This document shows positions 28,391 to 37,394 of a DNA stretch of 37,394 bases, piece after piece; positions within the stretch are counted from its first letter, which is position 1, and each line of letters opens with the position of its first letter. A program made the translations under genes and the position numbers. The notes under the pieces are model-generated. The model did no database searches. It saw only the letters and a program-made list of their open reading frames with translations, and was not told the origin of the DNA. The stretch is taken from positions 1-37,394 of the forward strand of contig CALCOP010000094.1 in the NCBI GenBank assembly GCA_937897365.1, read 5' to 3'. This DNA comes from an uncultured euryarchaeote (GTDB taxonomy: Archaea > Thermoplasmatota > Poseidoniia > Poseidoniales > Poseidoniaceae).

Positions 28391-29021
28391 GGCCGTTCAC
28401 CACCGCAAATTCGATTTCTTCAAGCGTGGGTTCCTCTTCTAAGAGATTGTAAAACCATCTTCCAAGCCAAACGGTAAATGTTAGATTGCCAATCACATGG
28501 AGGAAGTCAAACGGCAAACCATGGCCGAGATAAATCATAAACTCGTAAAGACCAATTGTTCCATCAAGAAGTGATAAAGATACAAAGAAGTCAAACCATA
28601 GAGCTGCTATAACAGATGCAATGCACACCCGACCCAAATTCAAACCTGCTGAAGTGACCAGAGGGAGACGGGACCCTGCAACAGCAATGCTCGCCCATCC
28701 AATTGCTTGGAAGGCAGTCCACCATCCGTCGCCCATGAACATGTTCGATATCATCGCAACAAGAACTGCGAAAGCAGCACCGCGTCGAGCACCGAGTTGG
28801 GCACCGACCAAAAGCGCAGCAACCGTAACCGGTTGAACATTGGGGAGTGGTTCCATAACGACTCGGATTAACGAGACGGAAACGACCAAACAAACCATGA
28901 ACAAAGAATCGAATACGGGTCTCTTCGTAGGACGAGAAAGAAGAATGAATGCAGTGCCAAGTAAAAGAGCATCCAACAACAACTCTGAGAGAGGTGAAAG
29001 AACCGGGCCGTGGACGCCCAT
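28374..29021 (-). CDS. cbrT: ECF transporter S component, CbrT (cobalamin)-like
   Basis: PNVQPVT, ISNMFMGDGWWTAFQ and GLPFDFLHVIGNL match the CbrT signature as I recall it. Start uncertain (29021, 29033 or 29045). Confidence 0.7.
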   Translation of the reverse strand: MGVHGPVLSPLSELLLDALLLGTAFILLSRPTKRPVFDSLFMVCLVVSVSLIRVVMEPLPNVQPVTVAALLVGAQLGARRGAAFAVLVAMISNMFMGDGWWTAFQAIGWASIAVAGSRLPLVTSAGLNLGRVCIASVIAALWFDFFVSLSLLDGTIGLYEFMIYLGHGLPFDFLHVIGNLTFTVWLGRWFYNLLEEEPTLEEIEFAVVNGHGIDG

Positions 29022-29074
29022 TGCTTGGAACATAAAACAACCCAAGAGGGTTGATGATTTGAGGCTTACCTAAG

Positions 29075-30775
29075 TTAGACTGGAGTCCAGCGAACAATTG
29101 TGGAAGATTCTATGCTAGCGGAATCAACGGACATTACGCCTTTTGAGCCATCTGTGAAGTATTCCCACCCTTTGGCCTCAACGCCATTAATTGATTCGAT
29201 ATAATAGCCAAGTTCGGTAAACTCACCATCGATTTCAAAACCGAGCTCATCACATGCTTCTTGAGTAAGAGAATATACGGTCAGATGGCCAGTTAAACCG
29301 CCAACGGCATGCTCTTCTCCATCCATCTCTATGATGACAATTTGCGTATCGAGCCAAGAGTCTGGCCATTGAGCATTCCATAGCTCCTCCTCTTGTTCAG
29401 TCGGGAATTGTTCATCAAAAATCTTCGACCACTGGGTAGATAAATCTGGAAGAATGAGAAGAAGAATAATGAGGAAAAACAAGCTTGAAGTTCGGTAAAA
29501 CCAATCCATTTTCCCATTCAAAAAGAGAACAGTAGACGAACCTATCAGCATAAAGATGATGAAAAGAAGACCTTGAGTACCCCAATCAAAATCTGCTTGG
29601 TGTTGAATCAATGGTTCATCAACTTCCACAATGGCTCGAGTAAAAACTCGTAAGAGTGCTTGATCGTTACCAAAAACAGTGAAGACCTGGTCATTGGCAG
29701 TAAATTGCAGCGGAGCCGCAGTCCCGAATCCATAAATCCCAACATCAAGCGAAGTGTAAGTGAGATTTTCACGTTCGTCAAAAGTAAACAATCCCCAGTT
29801 CGAATCAGGGGTATTTGAAGGAGCAAGAATAACACCGTCATCAAGCCAACGTAATTCACCGTTGGTATGAAACGGTAAATCTCCAACTTGACGACAAAGT
29901 GCAGTACACGAGAATATCTGAAGAGAAGAAGAGTCTCCTGTAACTAAAGAGGTCCCATGTAAACTTGGCTTTGCGGGAGACGGGCCTCCTGGAAATTGTT
30001 GAATGACACTCCCATTTGAAACATCAATAACCGCAATCGTGCTTGAGGAAACAGCCTGTGCGTGAACGACCAGTCCAGCACCAGTCAAAAGAGGTGAATG
30101 GCGAATTTTCCCAAGACCGAGTGGATAGGAAAGTGATTCTCCCGTCCTGTCTACATGCCAAAGTACTCCATACTCATCACCTAAAAAATATCCAGATTCG
30201 CTTACGGAAACGCCATTTCTCCAACCAAGTCCAGTCTGAGTCCACCACTGTTGTTCCCCATCGGCTAAACAATACTGACCTACTCCCCGACGGGTTGGAA
30301 CGATGACATATTCACCATCCAAGGCAAATTCTCCCGTCACCCCCCATCCAGCAACCTCGGATTGAACTGACCAGAATAACGTACCATCCGAAGGCAGAAG
30401 AGCCTCAATCCGACCATCTGTCCATCCAACAAGAACCATTTCTGGCCATTCGCCACAGTCACCTTGCCCCGCAGATACGTGGATGAGAGGCGACATGTCA
30501 TTACTCAATGAACGATTGTTAATACGTTGCCAAAGTTTCTCTCCAGCAAGGTCAAAAGCGGTGACTGCGGGTTCTCCGTTGCCAGATGTTCGAACAAGGA
30601 TCTCTTCGCCAGTAAACAAAGCCGATGTCGATATGAAACCTGAATCAAATCCATATTCCCAAGCAAGTGAGTTTTCATTGCCCCACTCACTTTGTTGATA
30701 TTCTGCTGACGCCAAAGGAAGCAGGAGAAGACTGAGCAACAGTAACGCCGGAAAGCGTCGAGACACGTGACTCAC
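29075..30775 (-). CDS. Membrane-anchored PQQ/BamB-type beta-propeller with TM hairpin and C-terminal DUF4430 (transcobalamin-like) domain
   Basis: Signal peptide; repeated A.D..G...W blades (AFDLAGEKLW, LLPSDGTLFW, CLADGEQQW); two TMs; GYYIESINGV...GWEYFTDG...VRW. GTG start overlaps the gatE stop (GTGA). Confidence 0.75.
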   Translation of the reverse strand: MSHVSRRFPALLLLSLLLLPLASAEYQQSEWGNENSLAWEYGFDSGFISTSALFTGEEILVRTSGNGEPAVTAFDLAGEKLWQRINNRSLSNDMSPLIHVSAGQGDCGEWPEMVLVGWTDGRIEALLPSDGTLFWSVQSEVAGWGVTGEFALDGEYVIVPTRRGVGQYCLADGEQQWWTQTGLGWRNGVSVSESGYFLGDEYGVLWHVDRTGESLSYPLGLGKIRHSPLLTGAGLVVHAQAVSSSTIAVIDVSNGSVIQQFPGGPSPAKPSLHGTSLVTGDSSSLQIFSCTALCRQVGDLPFHTNGELRWLDDGVILAPSNTPDSNWGLFTFDERENLTYTSLDVGIYGFGTAAPLQFTANDQVFTVFGNDQALLRVFTRAIVEVDEPLIQHQADFDWGTQGLLFIIFMLIGSSTVLFLNGKMDWFYRTSSLFFLIILLLILPDLSTQWSKIFDEQFPTEQEEELWNAQWPDSWLDTQIVIIEMDGEEHAVGGLTGHLTVYSLTQEACDELGFEIDGEFTELGYYIESINGVEAKGWEYFTDGSKGVMSVDSASIESSTIVRWTPV

Positions 30776-32802
30776 TCCGAAAGTTTCTGAATAGCTTCGC
30801 GAAGCAGAGCACTAACGACCTTCCCATCTGCAGCGCCAACTGCCTGCATGACAACACCCATGAGAGGCCCCATGGCACCCATCCCACGCTCTTTGACAAA
30901 GTCAGCCCGTTCGGCAACAATTGATTCAATAATTGCCCCCAGATCACCCTCATCTACAGGTTTGAAGCCTTGTGCCTCTCCAAAAGCGGCGATTTCTTCA
31001 CTGCTCGGTGTGCGGCCGTTAAAGTGTTCAATGATTTCATTCATCGATTCACGAGTAACGAGTCCTGCTTCTTTGACCGCCATGACATTAGCACACAGTT
31101 CAGGGTCTGCAGCATCGTTCTCAAGAACGACACTTGCCCAGCCTTTGTGAGGTAATTGAGATGCATATGCAACAAAAACATCGTCTAATTCCCTCGCCAA
31201 TAATTGGCTTGCTTGGTCATTTGACACTTCGTATTGTGAAATCCTTTCTTGCCTTTCATCATCCGTCATTGGAAGTGATTCAAGCGTTTTCTGCCAGCGG
31301 TCTGGATGAATTGGATAGACAGGAACATCTGTTTCGGGATACATTCGTGCACCCCCGGGCAAAGGGCGCATCGGGGAAGTAGTACCATCTTCTGGAGCAC
31401 CTTTCTTAACAACAACATTTCGAACTTCCTGAGGGATTCGATGCCACGCCATACGGGCGCGAGCAAGCACGCTTTCAAGAGCCAACTCTGCCTGCCATGA
31501 CGGTGCTAAACACAACACAAATCCATCACTTGATTCAAGTGAAAGATGGTTTCGAACCGCATCTACATGCTCAGTTTCAATCCCGTAAGCAGGTAATTCA
31601 TCAGAATGAAAAACCCCTTTGACGCCGGCCAATTTTGCTGCTCCAGCCAACTCACGACCGAGGCGAGGTAATTGTGCGCCTTCCTTATCTTCTGATTTAA
31701 CACCGAATTTGCCAGCGAGGCCCTGCAGAGGGAGTGCAAGCATAACCGAACCACTGCTCAAACCTGTTTGAACCATTTTTGATTCACAAGATGTAAATTG
31801 TTCGCTGACATTTTCTAAGGTAAGTGGGAGATACTCTGCTACAGATTGAGCAACCTCAGCTTCAAGAGATGCATCATCACTTCTGCGGTCTGGTGGAAGA
31901 GGTGGTGAGGAAGTTAACGTTCGTAATTCATTGGCGAGACGATAAAAGTGCAACTGCCTTGACATTTCAAGTCGGATAATACGAGGAATCCAGGAAAGGT
32001 CTTGACAACCTTTGATCTCTACACGGTCTCCACATGCCAATGACACATTGAGATCTTGTCGAATGCTGCCAAGACCTCTGCGAACTTTACGCGTTTGACG
32101 CAAACATCTTCCCAGCGCCATGGAGGTTTCTTTTGCATGTTCTGGACTCTGTACATCAGGTGCAGTGGCAATCTCAATCAACGGCAGCCCTAAGCGGTCA
32201 AGGTTGTAGATGACTTGCTCTCCATCGCCTGTTGAAACCGTTTCCAATTTTCGAGCACTGTCTTCTTCAAGGCACAATACATCGATGCCTACAGGTCCTG
32301 TTTCAGTTTCAAGAACGCCATCAATGGAAACCAAAGAAGTACGCTGAAAACCGCTGGTGTTCGAACCATCAACAACGGTTTTTCGCATCGTTTGGAGAAG
32401 TGTTACGGGCTTAGCATCAAGCAAGGCAGAGACCGTTAAAGCAATAGAAACAGCATCTTCATCGTGGGGAAGTGGTGGCTGCTCATCGAGCTCGATTAAG
32501 CCTGCATTTGGGGATTGGACATAGACAAAAGAACGGTTACGCCGTGTTTCAAAGCGGGCCGCAATATCAACTGCGCCACCTTCTCCACGTGCTGCACGTA
32601 GACGGCGGTCGAATCGCTTCCATTGTTCTGGAACGGTGTCAATCGTCACATCATAAAGTACGCCGGGTTGACGAGAATGTAACTTCCCAGTGGCGAGTTG
32701 TTGGTGAACTTCAATGCCGCACATAAAGCCTAATTCTGACGGAATGAGCGCTTCTGCATCAGCGACTTCGCCGACCGGTTCTGTGCGAATTGGGTCGGCC
32801 AT
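30772..32802 (-). CDS. gatE: Glutamyl-tRNA(Gln) amidotransferase subunit E
   Basis: CGIEVHQQL, MRKTVVDGSNTSGFQRT, LEEDSAR, DRLGLPLIEIAT, RRGLGSIRQDLNVS, RPLPGGARMYPETD, C-terminal YqeY-like domain. Confidence 0.95.
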   Translation of the reverse strand: MADPIRTEPVGEVADAEALIPSELGFMCGIEVHQQLATGKLHSRQPGVLYDVTIDTVPEQWKRFDRRLRAARGEGGAVDIAARFETRRNRSFVYVQSPNAGLIELDEQPPLPHDEDAVSIALTVSALLDAKPVTLLQTMRKTVVDGSNTSGFQRTSLVSIDGVLETETGPVGIDVLCLEEDSARKLETVSTGDGEQVIYNLDRLGLPLIEIATAPDVQSPEHAKETSMALGRCLRQTRKVRRGLGSIRQDLNVSLACGDRVEIKGCQDLSWIPRIIRLEMSRQLHFYRLANELRTLTSSPPLPPDRRSDDASLEAEVAQSVAEYLPLTLENVSEQFTSCESKMVQTGLSSGSVMLALPLQGLAGKFGVKSEDKEGAQLPRLGRELAGAAKLAGVKGVFHSDELPAYGIETEHVDAVRNHLSLESSDGFVLCLAPSWQAELALESVLARARMAWHRIPQEVRNVVVKKGAPEDGTTSPMRPLPGGARMYPETDVPVYPIHPDRWQKTLESLPMTDDERQERISQYEVSNDQASQLLARELDDVFVAYASQLPHKGWASVVLENDAADPELCANVMAVKEAGLVTRESMNEIIEHFNGRTPSSEEIAAFGEAQGFKPVDEGDLGAIIESIVAERADFVKERGMGAMGPLMGVVMQAVGAADGKVVSALLREAIQKLSE

Positions 32803-32870
32803 GCTCCAGCGGAGGCGTTCATCATTCAAGACTACAACCCTTCAATCGAGAAGAAAGAGTCTTTCAAATA

Positions 32871-35831
32871 TCACTCAATCCGTGTTCGACCAACAAATGC
32901 AGAGGCACATAGAAGACCGAGCAAAGTGAGTGCTGCACTGAGACTTGGTAGAGAATCAGATACAGATTCCAAATCAGGTTCTACCTCTGGATTACCTTCG
33001 CAGGGGATCCAGTGGCCATCAGTTCCCGGCTCTACAGATCCTGTTAGTCCGCCTGCTTCAGACAGATAGAGCATGCCTGAACCAGCAGGCCATTCAACAA
33101 CAGAGTTCCCAGAATAGAACATTATTGTATCATCCCATACAGGCTGTCCATTTGCCACCCAAGTTGATTTACAAGGACACGAATATGGCGTCCAAAACTC
33201 GTAGTCTTGGGCATCGCCAGGGGCAGTTGCTACCAATCCATTATTGTCCACATATATTGCTTGATAATACATACCTGAATTCGCTGGATATTCGAAAATA
33301 TCGCCAACGGAAACTGGAGTTGTGCTGTTCCAAACACCCGAAGTCGTAATTCCTTCACAAGGGCCTGGATTTGCACCGTTTCCATTGCATAGAACCCAGT
33401 GGATATCTACACCAGGTTCACCGGCGCTGTTAGAGACTCCAGTCGGTTCTAAAGGAATATACAAGTTGCCAGATCCAGCTGGATGTTCAACAACATAGTT
33501 TCCTGGATAAGCAGTATTAGCAACCCATACAGGTTCTCCATTAGCGGCCCAAGTTTCCTTGCATGGACAGTCTATTGGTGTCCAGAATTCATAGTCTTGG
33601 GCATCGCCAGGGGCAGTTGCTACCAATCCATTATTGTCTACATATATTGCTTGATAATACATACCTGAGTTCACTGGGTATTCGTATACCTCACCAACTG
33701 TAACGTTCATGGTCGATTCCCAAACGCCAACAACATTCAATCCAGCACAAGGGTTTCCTGAAGGTTCTTCTCCTTCACACAGAACCCAGTGTGAGTCAAC
33801 GCCTGGTTCACCAGCACCAGTAGAGACTCCGGTCGGTTCTAAAGGAGTATACAAGTTGCCTGATCCAGCAGGATGTTCAACAACATAATTTCCAGGGTAA
33901 GCGGTTCCATTCATCCATGTCGGTTGTCCATTTGCAACCCATGTTTCCTTACATGGACAGTCAATTGGTGACCAGACATCCATATCGAGATTCGGAGCAC
34001 TTACGCTCCAGAAAGGACTGCCAGCATTAACTTGATAATAAACTCCAGAATTCGCAGGATACTCGTAGATTTCACCGGATGTAACGTTCATTGAAGCGTC
34101 CCAAACACCAACGACTGTAAGTCCTGCACAAGGAGAGCCATTCGCTGGTTCTTCGGATGAATTGCATAGTTTCCATTCAGAGTCTGTTCCTGGCTCGTCT
34201 CCAGCGACTATGGCGGGTGAGTTAATGTAGAGCATCATAGAGCCTGCTGGCCATTCTACGACTGAGTTTGGAGGATATGTTACCGAAGCATCCCACACCG
34301 GTTCACCATTGAACGCCCATGTTTCCATACATGGGCAATCGACTGGCCCCCACATATCGTTGTCATCGTGAGGGGAGTTTACCTCTAGATCGACGACGCC
34401 TTGCCAGATGACTTCGTAGTAATTTTGTGAACCAGCTGGATACTCGTATACTTCACCAGTTGAAACTCTTGAAAGGTTATCCCAAACACCTACAACAGTA
34501 GCACCACAAGGGCCACCAGTGGAGTTGTCCTCAGGACCGCATAGTTCCCATTGATTACCATCAGCAAAGGGTTGATCAGGAGTCACACCGGTTGTTGTTT
34601 GGCTAACAATCGCCATCCAAATATCGCCAGTTCCTACAGGATATTCAACGATAGCTCCAACCGAGTAAACCGTGTTTGAATCCCATACTGGATTCGAGGC
34701 TGCTTCCCAAATGTCTTCGCAACTACAGCTATCTTTCGACCATGATTGGAAATCAGAACCTGGAGCACCGACTGTTTGGTTGGAGAATCCAGGTGCTACT
34801 GCATGGAAGACTCCGGAACCTGCAGGGAATTCGTAAATCTCCCCAGTTGTGACAAGGGTTGAATTTGTCCAAGGCATACCTCCGTAGCCATTCATATCGT
34901 CGCATAGATTGCCGCTTGGTTGTTGTCCATCACAATTTCTCCATAGATATGCATCAGGGCTACCTGGTTCAACTCCGACACCATGGTCGACTGAGATGTA
35001 CAGAATATTGGAACCTGCAGGCCATTCGACAACTGCCTGTTGAAGATAGTCGATTGTGGAATCCCACACAGGTTGTCCGCTGTCATGCCAGATGTCTTTA
35101 CAATCACAATAGTCTTCTTCCCAAGCATCGAGGTCAACACCCGGTTCCCCTACTGTTTGATTATTGATGAGTGGAGCAACCATGTAAAATTCTCCCGAAC
35201 TTGCAGGATACTCGTAAATCTCTCCTTCACTGACCAGTACCGTCGAAGACCATACACCGACGTTTTGCATTCCAACCAATTCATCACAAGGTGTAGTGTC
35301 TTCATCCATGCATTGAACCCAGAGGTCAGAGCCCACAACTGGTTCATCTCCTGCCATGGTTCCTGCGTCCTGTGCAATCCAAACACTGCCATTGTGAAGG
35401 ACGATTTGCCATGGATCGAAATTCGTGGTCGCATCCCAAGTAATGCCACTATAGTCGGCGATTTCGGCGCATGTGCATGGGCCTTCCCAGTGGCCTTCTT
35501 CTACAGACCCACCGGATGAATTAATTTGAGTTTGATAAAAATGACCCGAGTTTGCTGGCCACTCGACTATTGAATACATATCATAATTGCTGTTATTCTC
35601 CCAAACGGGACCGCCGAGGCCATCTGCTGGGTTCTGCCATTTAGAGAGCTCACAACTTGAATCTGCAGTAGTATTTCCACTCATTCCGTTGCTCTGCTTA
35701 CCTGAAAACTTTACTTCGACCGTATTCTGTTCTTGAAAGTCACTTGTTTTTTCTTCTGAGAAATCAATTCCTAAGAGCGATACTTGTAATGTAAGTAAAG
35801 CCACAATCATCCAGCATAGTGTATTGCGCAT
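32871..35831 (-). CDS. Cell-surface protein with 14 tandem Trp/Cys-rich CBM5/12-like modules and a PGF-CTERM-like anchor
   Basis: Signal peptide from ATG 35831 (MRNTLCW...); repeats W-x4-5-Y/V-x2-G-x2-V/Y-E-W/Y/H-P-A-x-S-G...P-G...W; terminal SLPSLS-TM-RTR. Confidence 0.75.
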   Translation of the reverse strand: MRNTLCWMIVALLTLQVSLLGIDFSEEKTSDFQEQNTVEVKFSGKQSNGMSGNTTADSSCELSKWQNPADGLGGPVWENNSNYDMYSIVEWPANSGHFYQTQINSSGGSVEEGHWEGPCTCAEIADYSGITWDATTNFDPWQIVLHNGSVWIAQDAGTMAGDEPVVGSDLWVQCMDEDTTPCDELVGMQNVGVWSSTVLVSEGEIYEYPASSGEFYMVAPLINNQTVGEPGVDLDAWEEDYCDCKDIWHDSGQPVWDSTIDYLQQAVVEWPAGSNILYISVDHGVGVEPGSPDAYLWRNCDGQQPSGNLCDDMNGYGGMPWTNSTLVTTGEIYEFPAGSGVFHAVAPGFSNQTVGAPGSDFQSWSKDSCSCEDIWEAASNPVWDSNTVYSVGAIVEYPVGTGDIWMAIVSQTTTGVTPDQPFADGNQWELCGPEDNSTGGPCGATVVGVWDNLSRVSTGEVYEYPAGSQNYYEVIWQGVVDLEVNSPHDDNDMWGPVDCPCMETWAFNGEPVWDASVTYPPNSVVEWPAGSMMLYINSPAIVAGDEPGTDSEWKLCNSSEEPANGSPCAGLTVVGVWDASMNVTSGEIYEYPANSGVYYQVNAGSPFWSVSAPNLDMDVWSPIDCPCKETWVANGQPTWMNGTAYPGNYVVEHPAGSGNLYTPLEPTGVSTGAGEPGVDSHWVLCEGEEPSGNPCAGLNVVGVWESTMNVTVGEVYEYPVNSGMYYQAIYVDNNGLVATAPGDAQDYEFWTPIDCPCKETWAANGEPVWVANTAYPGNYVVEHPAGSGNLYIPLEPTGVSNSAGEPGVDIHWVLCNGNGANPGPCEGITTSGVWNSTTPVSVGDIFEYPANSGMYYQAIYVDNNGLVATAPGDAQDYEFWTPYSCPCKSTWVANGQPVWDDTIMFYSGNSVVEWPAGSGMLYLSEAGGLTGSVEPGTDGHWIPCEGNPEVEPDLESVSDSLPSLSAALTLLGLLCASAFVGRTRIE
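33202..33278. repeat. Direct repeat, copy 1 (77 bp, one mismatch to 33592..33668; 390-bp period)
   Basis: TAGTCTTGGGCATCGCCAGGGGCAGTTGCTACCAATCCATTATTGTC(C/T)ACATATATTGCTTGATAATACATACCTGA read at both positions. Confidence 0.9.
33592..33668. repeat. Direct repeat, copy 2
   Basis: Near-identical to 33202..33278. Confidence 0.9.
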
Positions 35832-35852
35832 ATTCTTTGACTCGCTATGAGA

Positions 35853-35862
35853 GTATATATTA
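35853..35862 (-). promoter_or_regulatory. TATA box for a probably leaderless transcript of the repeat surface protein
   Basis: TAATATATAC; TATATA lies 22 nt upstream of ATG 35831. Confidence 0.55.
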
Positions 35863-35913
35863 TTATTCACAGCATAGAAATGCAAGCAGTGAATTGCAGT
35901 CGTAAAGTGAGAA

Positions 35914-37392
35914 TCAGACGACCTGTAAGGTGTCATAACCTGAAGGACGAAGCATTCTTCCGTGTTGAACAAGTTTCTCGATGACGTCCTCTGCGATTGA
36001 GCGGGAAATATCATAACGTTCTGCTTCATTGAATACGTCGAGTAATTGAGCGACACCGCCGTTGTTCGCTGCAAGTCCAGCGACGATTTCAAGAATCGCC
36101 TTTTCGCGGTTGCGCACAGTTCCCTTCTTGCCCGTAACAAGGGTTGTCTCGTCAAAGTTGCCGCCCATCAAATCTTCTCGCCAAAGCCGAGTCATTCGAA
36201 CAGCTCGCTCTGCGTCTTCAAGTGTAGCAACTTGTGACAATCGAATACGAGCACTTGCTTCTGCCAAACGTGCGAGGGCTTCAAGTGAACGTGCAGTAAT
36301 AGCAACGCTGTCGTTTGAATCACCTGTTTGCTTTCGAGTTTCAACATAAAAATTGACAATTGTATCGCGTGCATCTTGCTCAAGACTTGGATGAACTGTA
36401 CGCTTCGAGTACGCGATATACTTCCGAATGAGATCACGCGTCAACGTTTCTCCATGCTCGGAGTTCTCAACACCAGAGCGGGATGTGGATTTAGTGGGGT
36501 CTGGAGCATTACCCTCACTGACAAGCAATTCACTTGTGCCTTGCAAACGGTTCCCAATAATGTGCTGAGCAATCTTCGCATCTTTTTCTGATTCAGGGTC
36601 GTCTGTTAACAACCAAATGATGTCAAAACGAGAGACGAGGGGTGGTGCGAGATTAATTTGGGCTGTGAAGGGTACCTCAGAAACAGGTTCAAAGCGGCCG
36701 TTTTTTGGATTGGCAGCAGCTAATACTGCACATCGAGTACGAAGACTTGCATTAATTCCTGCTTTCGATATCGAAATCTTCTGCTGTTCCATTGCCTCGT
36801 GCATACTTGAACGATCACCTTCATTCATTTTGTCGAATTCGTCAATGGCCGCTAGTCCAAGGTCAGCAAGAACCAATGCTCCAGCCTCAAGAGTCCAGCG
36901 CCCATCAGCGGCAGAATCTTGAACAGCAGCTGCGGTTAAACCCGCTGCTGAAGCAGATTGTCCAGATGTGAAACGCCCTCGGGGGGAAATGGTCGACATG
37001 TAACTGAGCAATTGAGATTTAGCAACACCAGGGTCGCCCATAAGGAGGATGTGGATGTCACCACGATTTCTCGTCCCATCTGGATTAAGGCGTGCCACTC
37101 CCCCAAATAATTGAAGCATGAGGGATTGTTTGACATAAGGCATCCCAAAAATGGATGGAGCGATACTCTTGGCAAAAAGTTCGTAAATATCTGGTCGACG
37201 TGCTAATTCTTTGATTTCGAGTTCCTCATCTTCAGTTATGACAATTTCTTCCAGCGGTATGTTTTGTCGTTCGAGCGAATGAATTCGTAGGAAAATATCG
37301 AAAACAGGCGTGTCTTTACCGCCTTTTCTTTGCGAACGAATGAAGAGAACTCCGTTGCCTTTGACGCGGTCTCCTGGATTGAGTTTACCAGA
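35914..37392 (-). CDS. mcm: MCM replicative helicase, AAA+ and winged-helix part (5' truncated by window)
   Basis: SIAPSIFG, RGDIHILLMGDPGVAKSQLL, GLTAAA, LEAGALVLADLG, IDEFDKM, HEAMEQQKISISKAGI, AAANP, SRFD, TARSLE. The frame continues upstream of 37143; no intein seen in this part. Confidence 0.97.
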   Translation of the reverse strand, partial: SGKLNPGDRVKGNGVLFIRSQRKGGKDTPVFDIFLRIHSLERQNIPLEEIVITEDEELEIKELARRPDIYELFAKSIAPSIFGMPYVKQSLMLQLFGGVARLNPDGTRNRGDIHILLMGDPGVAKSQLLSYMSTISPRGRFTSGQSASAAGLTAAAVQDSAADGRWTLEAGALVLADLGLAAIDEFDKMNEGDRSSMHEAMEQQKISISKAGINASLRTRCAVLAAANPKNGRFEPVSEVPFTAQINLAPPLVSRFDIIWLLTDDPESEKDAKIAQHIIGNRLQGTSELLVSEGNAPDPTKSTSRSGVENSEHGETLTRDLIRKYIAYSKRTVHPSLEQDARDTIVNFYVETRKQTGDSNDSVAITARSLEALARLAEASARIRLSQVATLEDAERAVRMTRLWREDLMGGNFDETTLVTGKKGTVRNREKAILEIVAGLAANNGGVAQLLDVFNEAERYDISRSIAEDVIEKLVQHGRMLRPSGYDTLQVV

Positions 37393-37394
37393 TC

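Noticed and set aside
29022..29074. Cobalamin riboswitch before the S component or receptor
   Set aside because: The gap is too short and the receptor start overlaps the gatE stop. No B12-box seen.
33191..33960. Repeats as a CRISPR array or DGR template/variable pair
   Set aside because: They are in-frame coding repeats with a 390-bp period. Mismatches are mostly synonymous, and no reverse transcriptase is in the window.
35832..36155. N-terminal extension of the 1094-aa ORF call
   Set aside because: Overlaps the mcm 3' end. The signal peptide and TATA box support ATG 35831.

Overview
A gene-dense archaeal chromosomal segment. GatE, MCM, Pth2, RaSEA, a TFB-like factor and GGTGA/GAGG ribosome-binding sites point to Archaea. 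Gene content and style suggest Thermoplasmatota Marine Group II (Poseidoniales); this is inference only. There are 25 CDSs, two truncated by the window ends. I found no rRNA, tRNA, CRISPR array, integrase or transposase. Housekeeping genes: pabC plus a pabB-pabA fusion, a YchF/Ygr210 NTPase, RaSEA, psd, pip, an addB-addA-like helicase/nuclease pair, ltaE, two tandem pth2, gatE and mcm. Most unusual items: (1) a membrane protein that aligns by eye with cbb3-type heme-copper oxidase subunit I (CcoN), but has lost the metal-ligand histidines and carries a C-terminal EF-hand pair; (2) a candidate vitamin B12 capture module (beta-propeller/transcobalamin-like DUF4430 receptor plus a CbrT-like ECF S component) inside the gatE-pth2 run; (3) a strongly diverged TFB paralogue preceded by an ~87-nt hairpin, plus a shared extended TATATA motif at accessory genes; (4) an AddAB pair with reciprocally rearranged Fe-S cysteines; (5) a non-catalytic surface protein of 14 Cys-bracketed CBM5/12-like modules with a recent internal duplication. 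All family assignments come from motif recognition by eye, not database searches.
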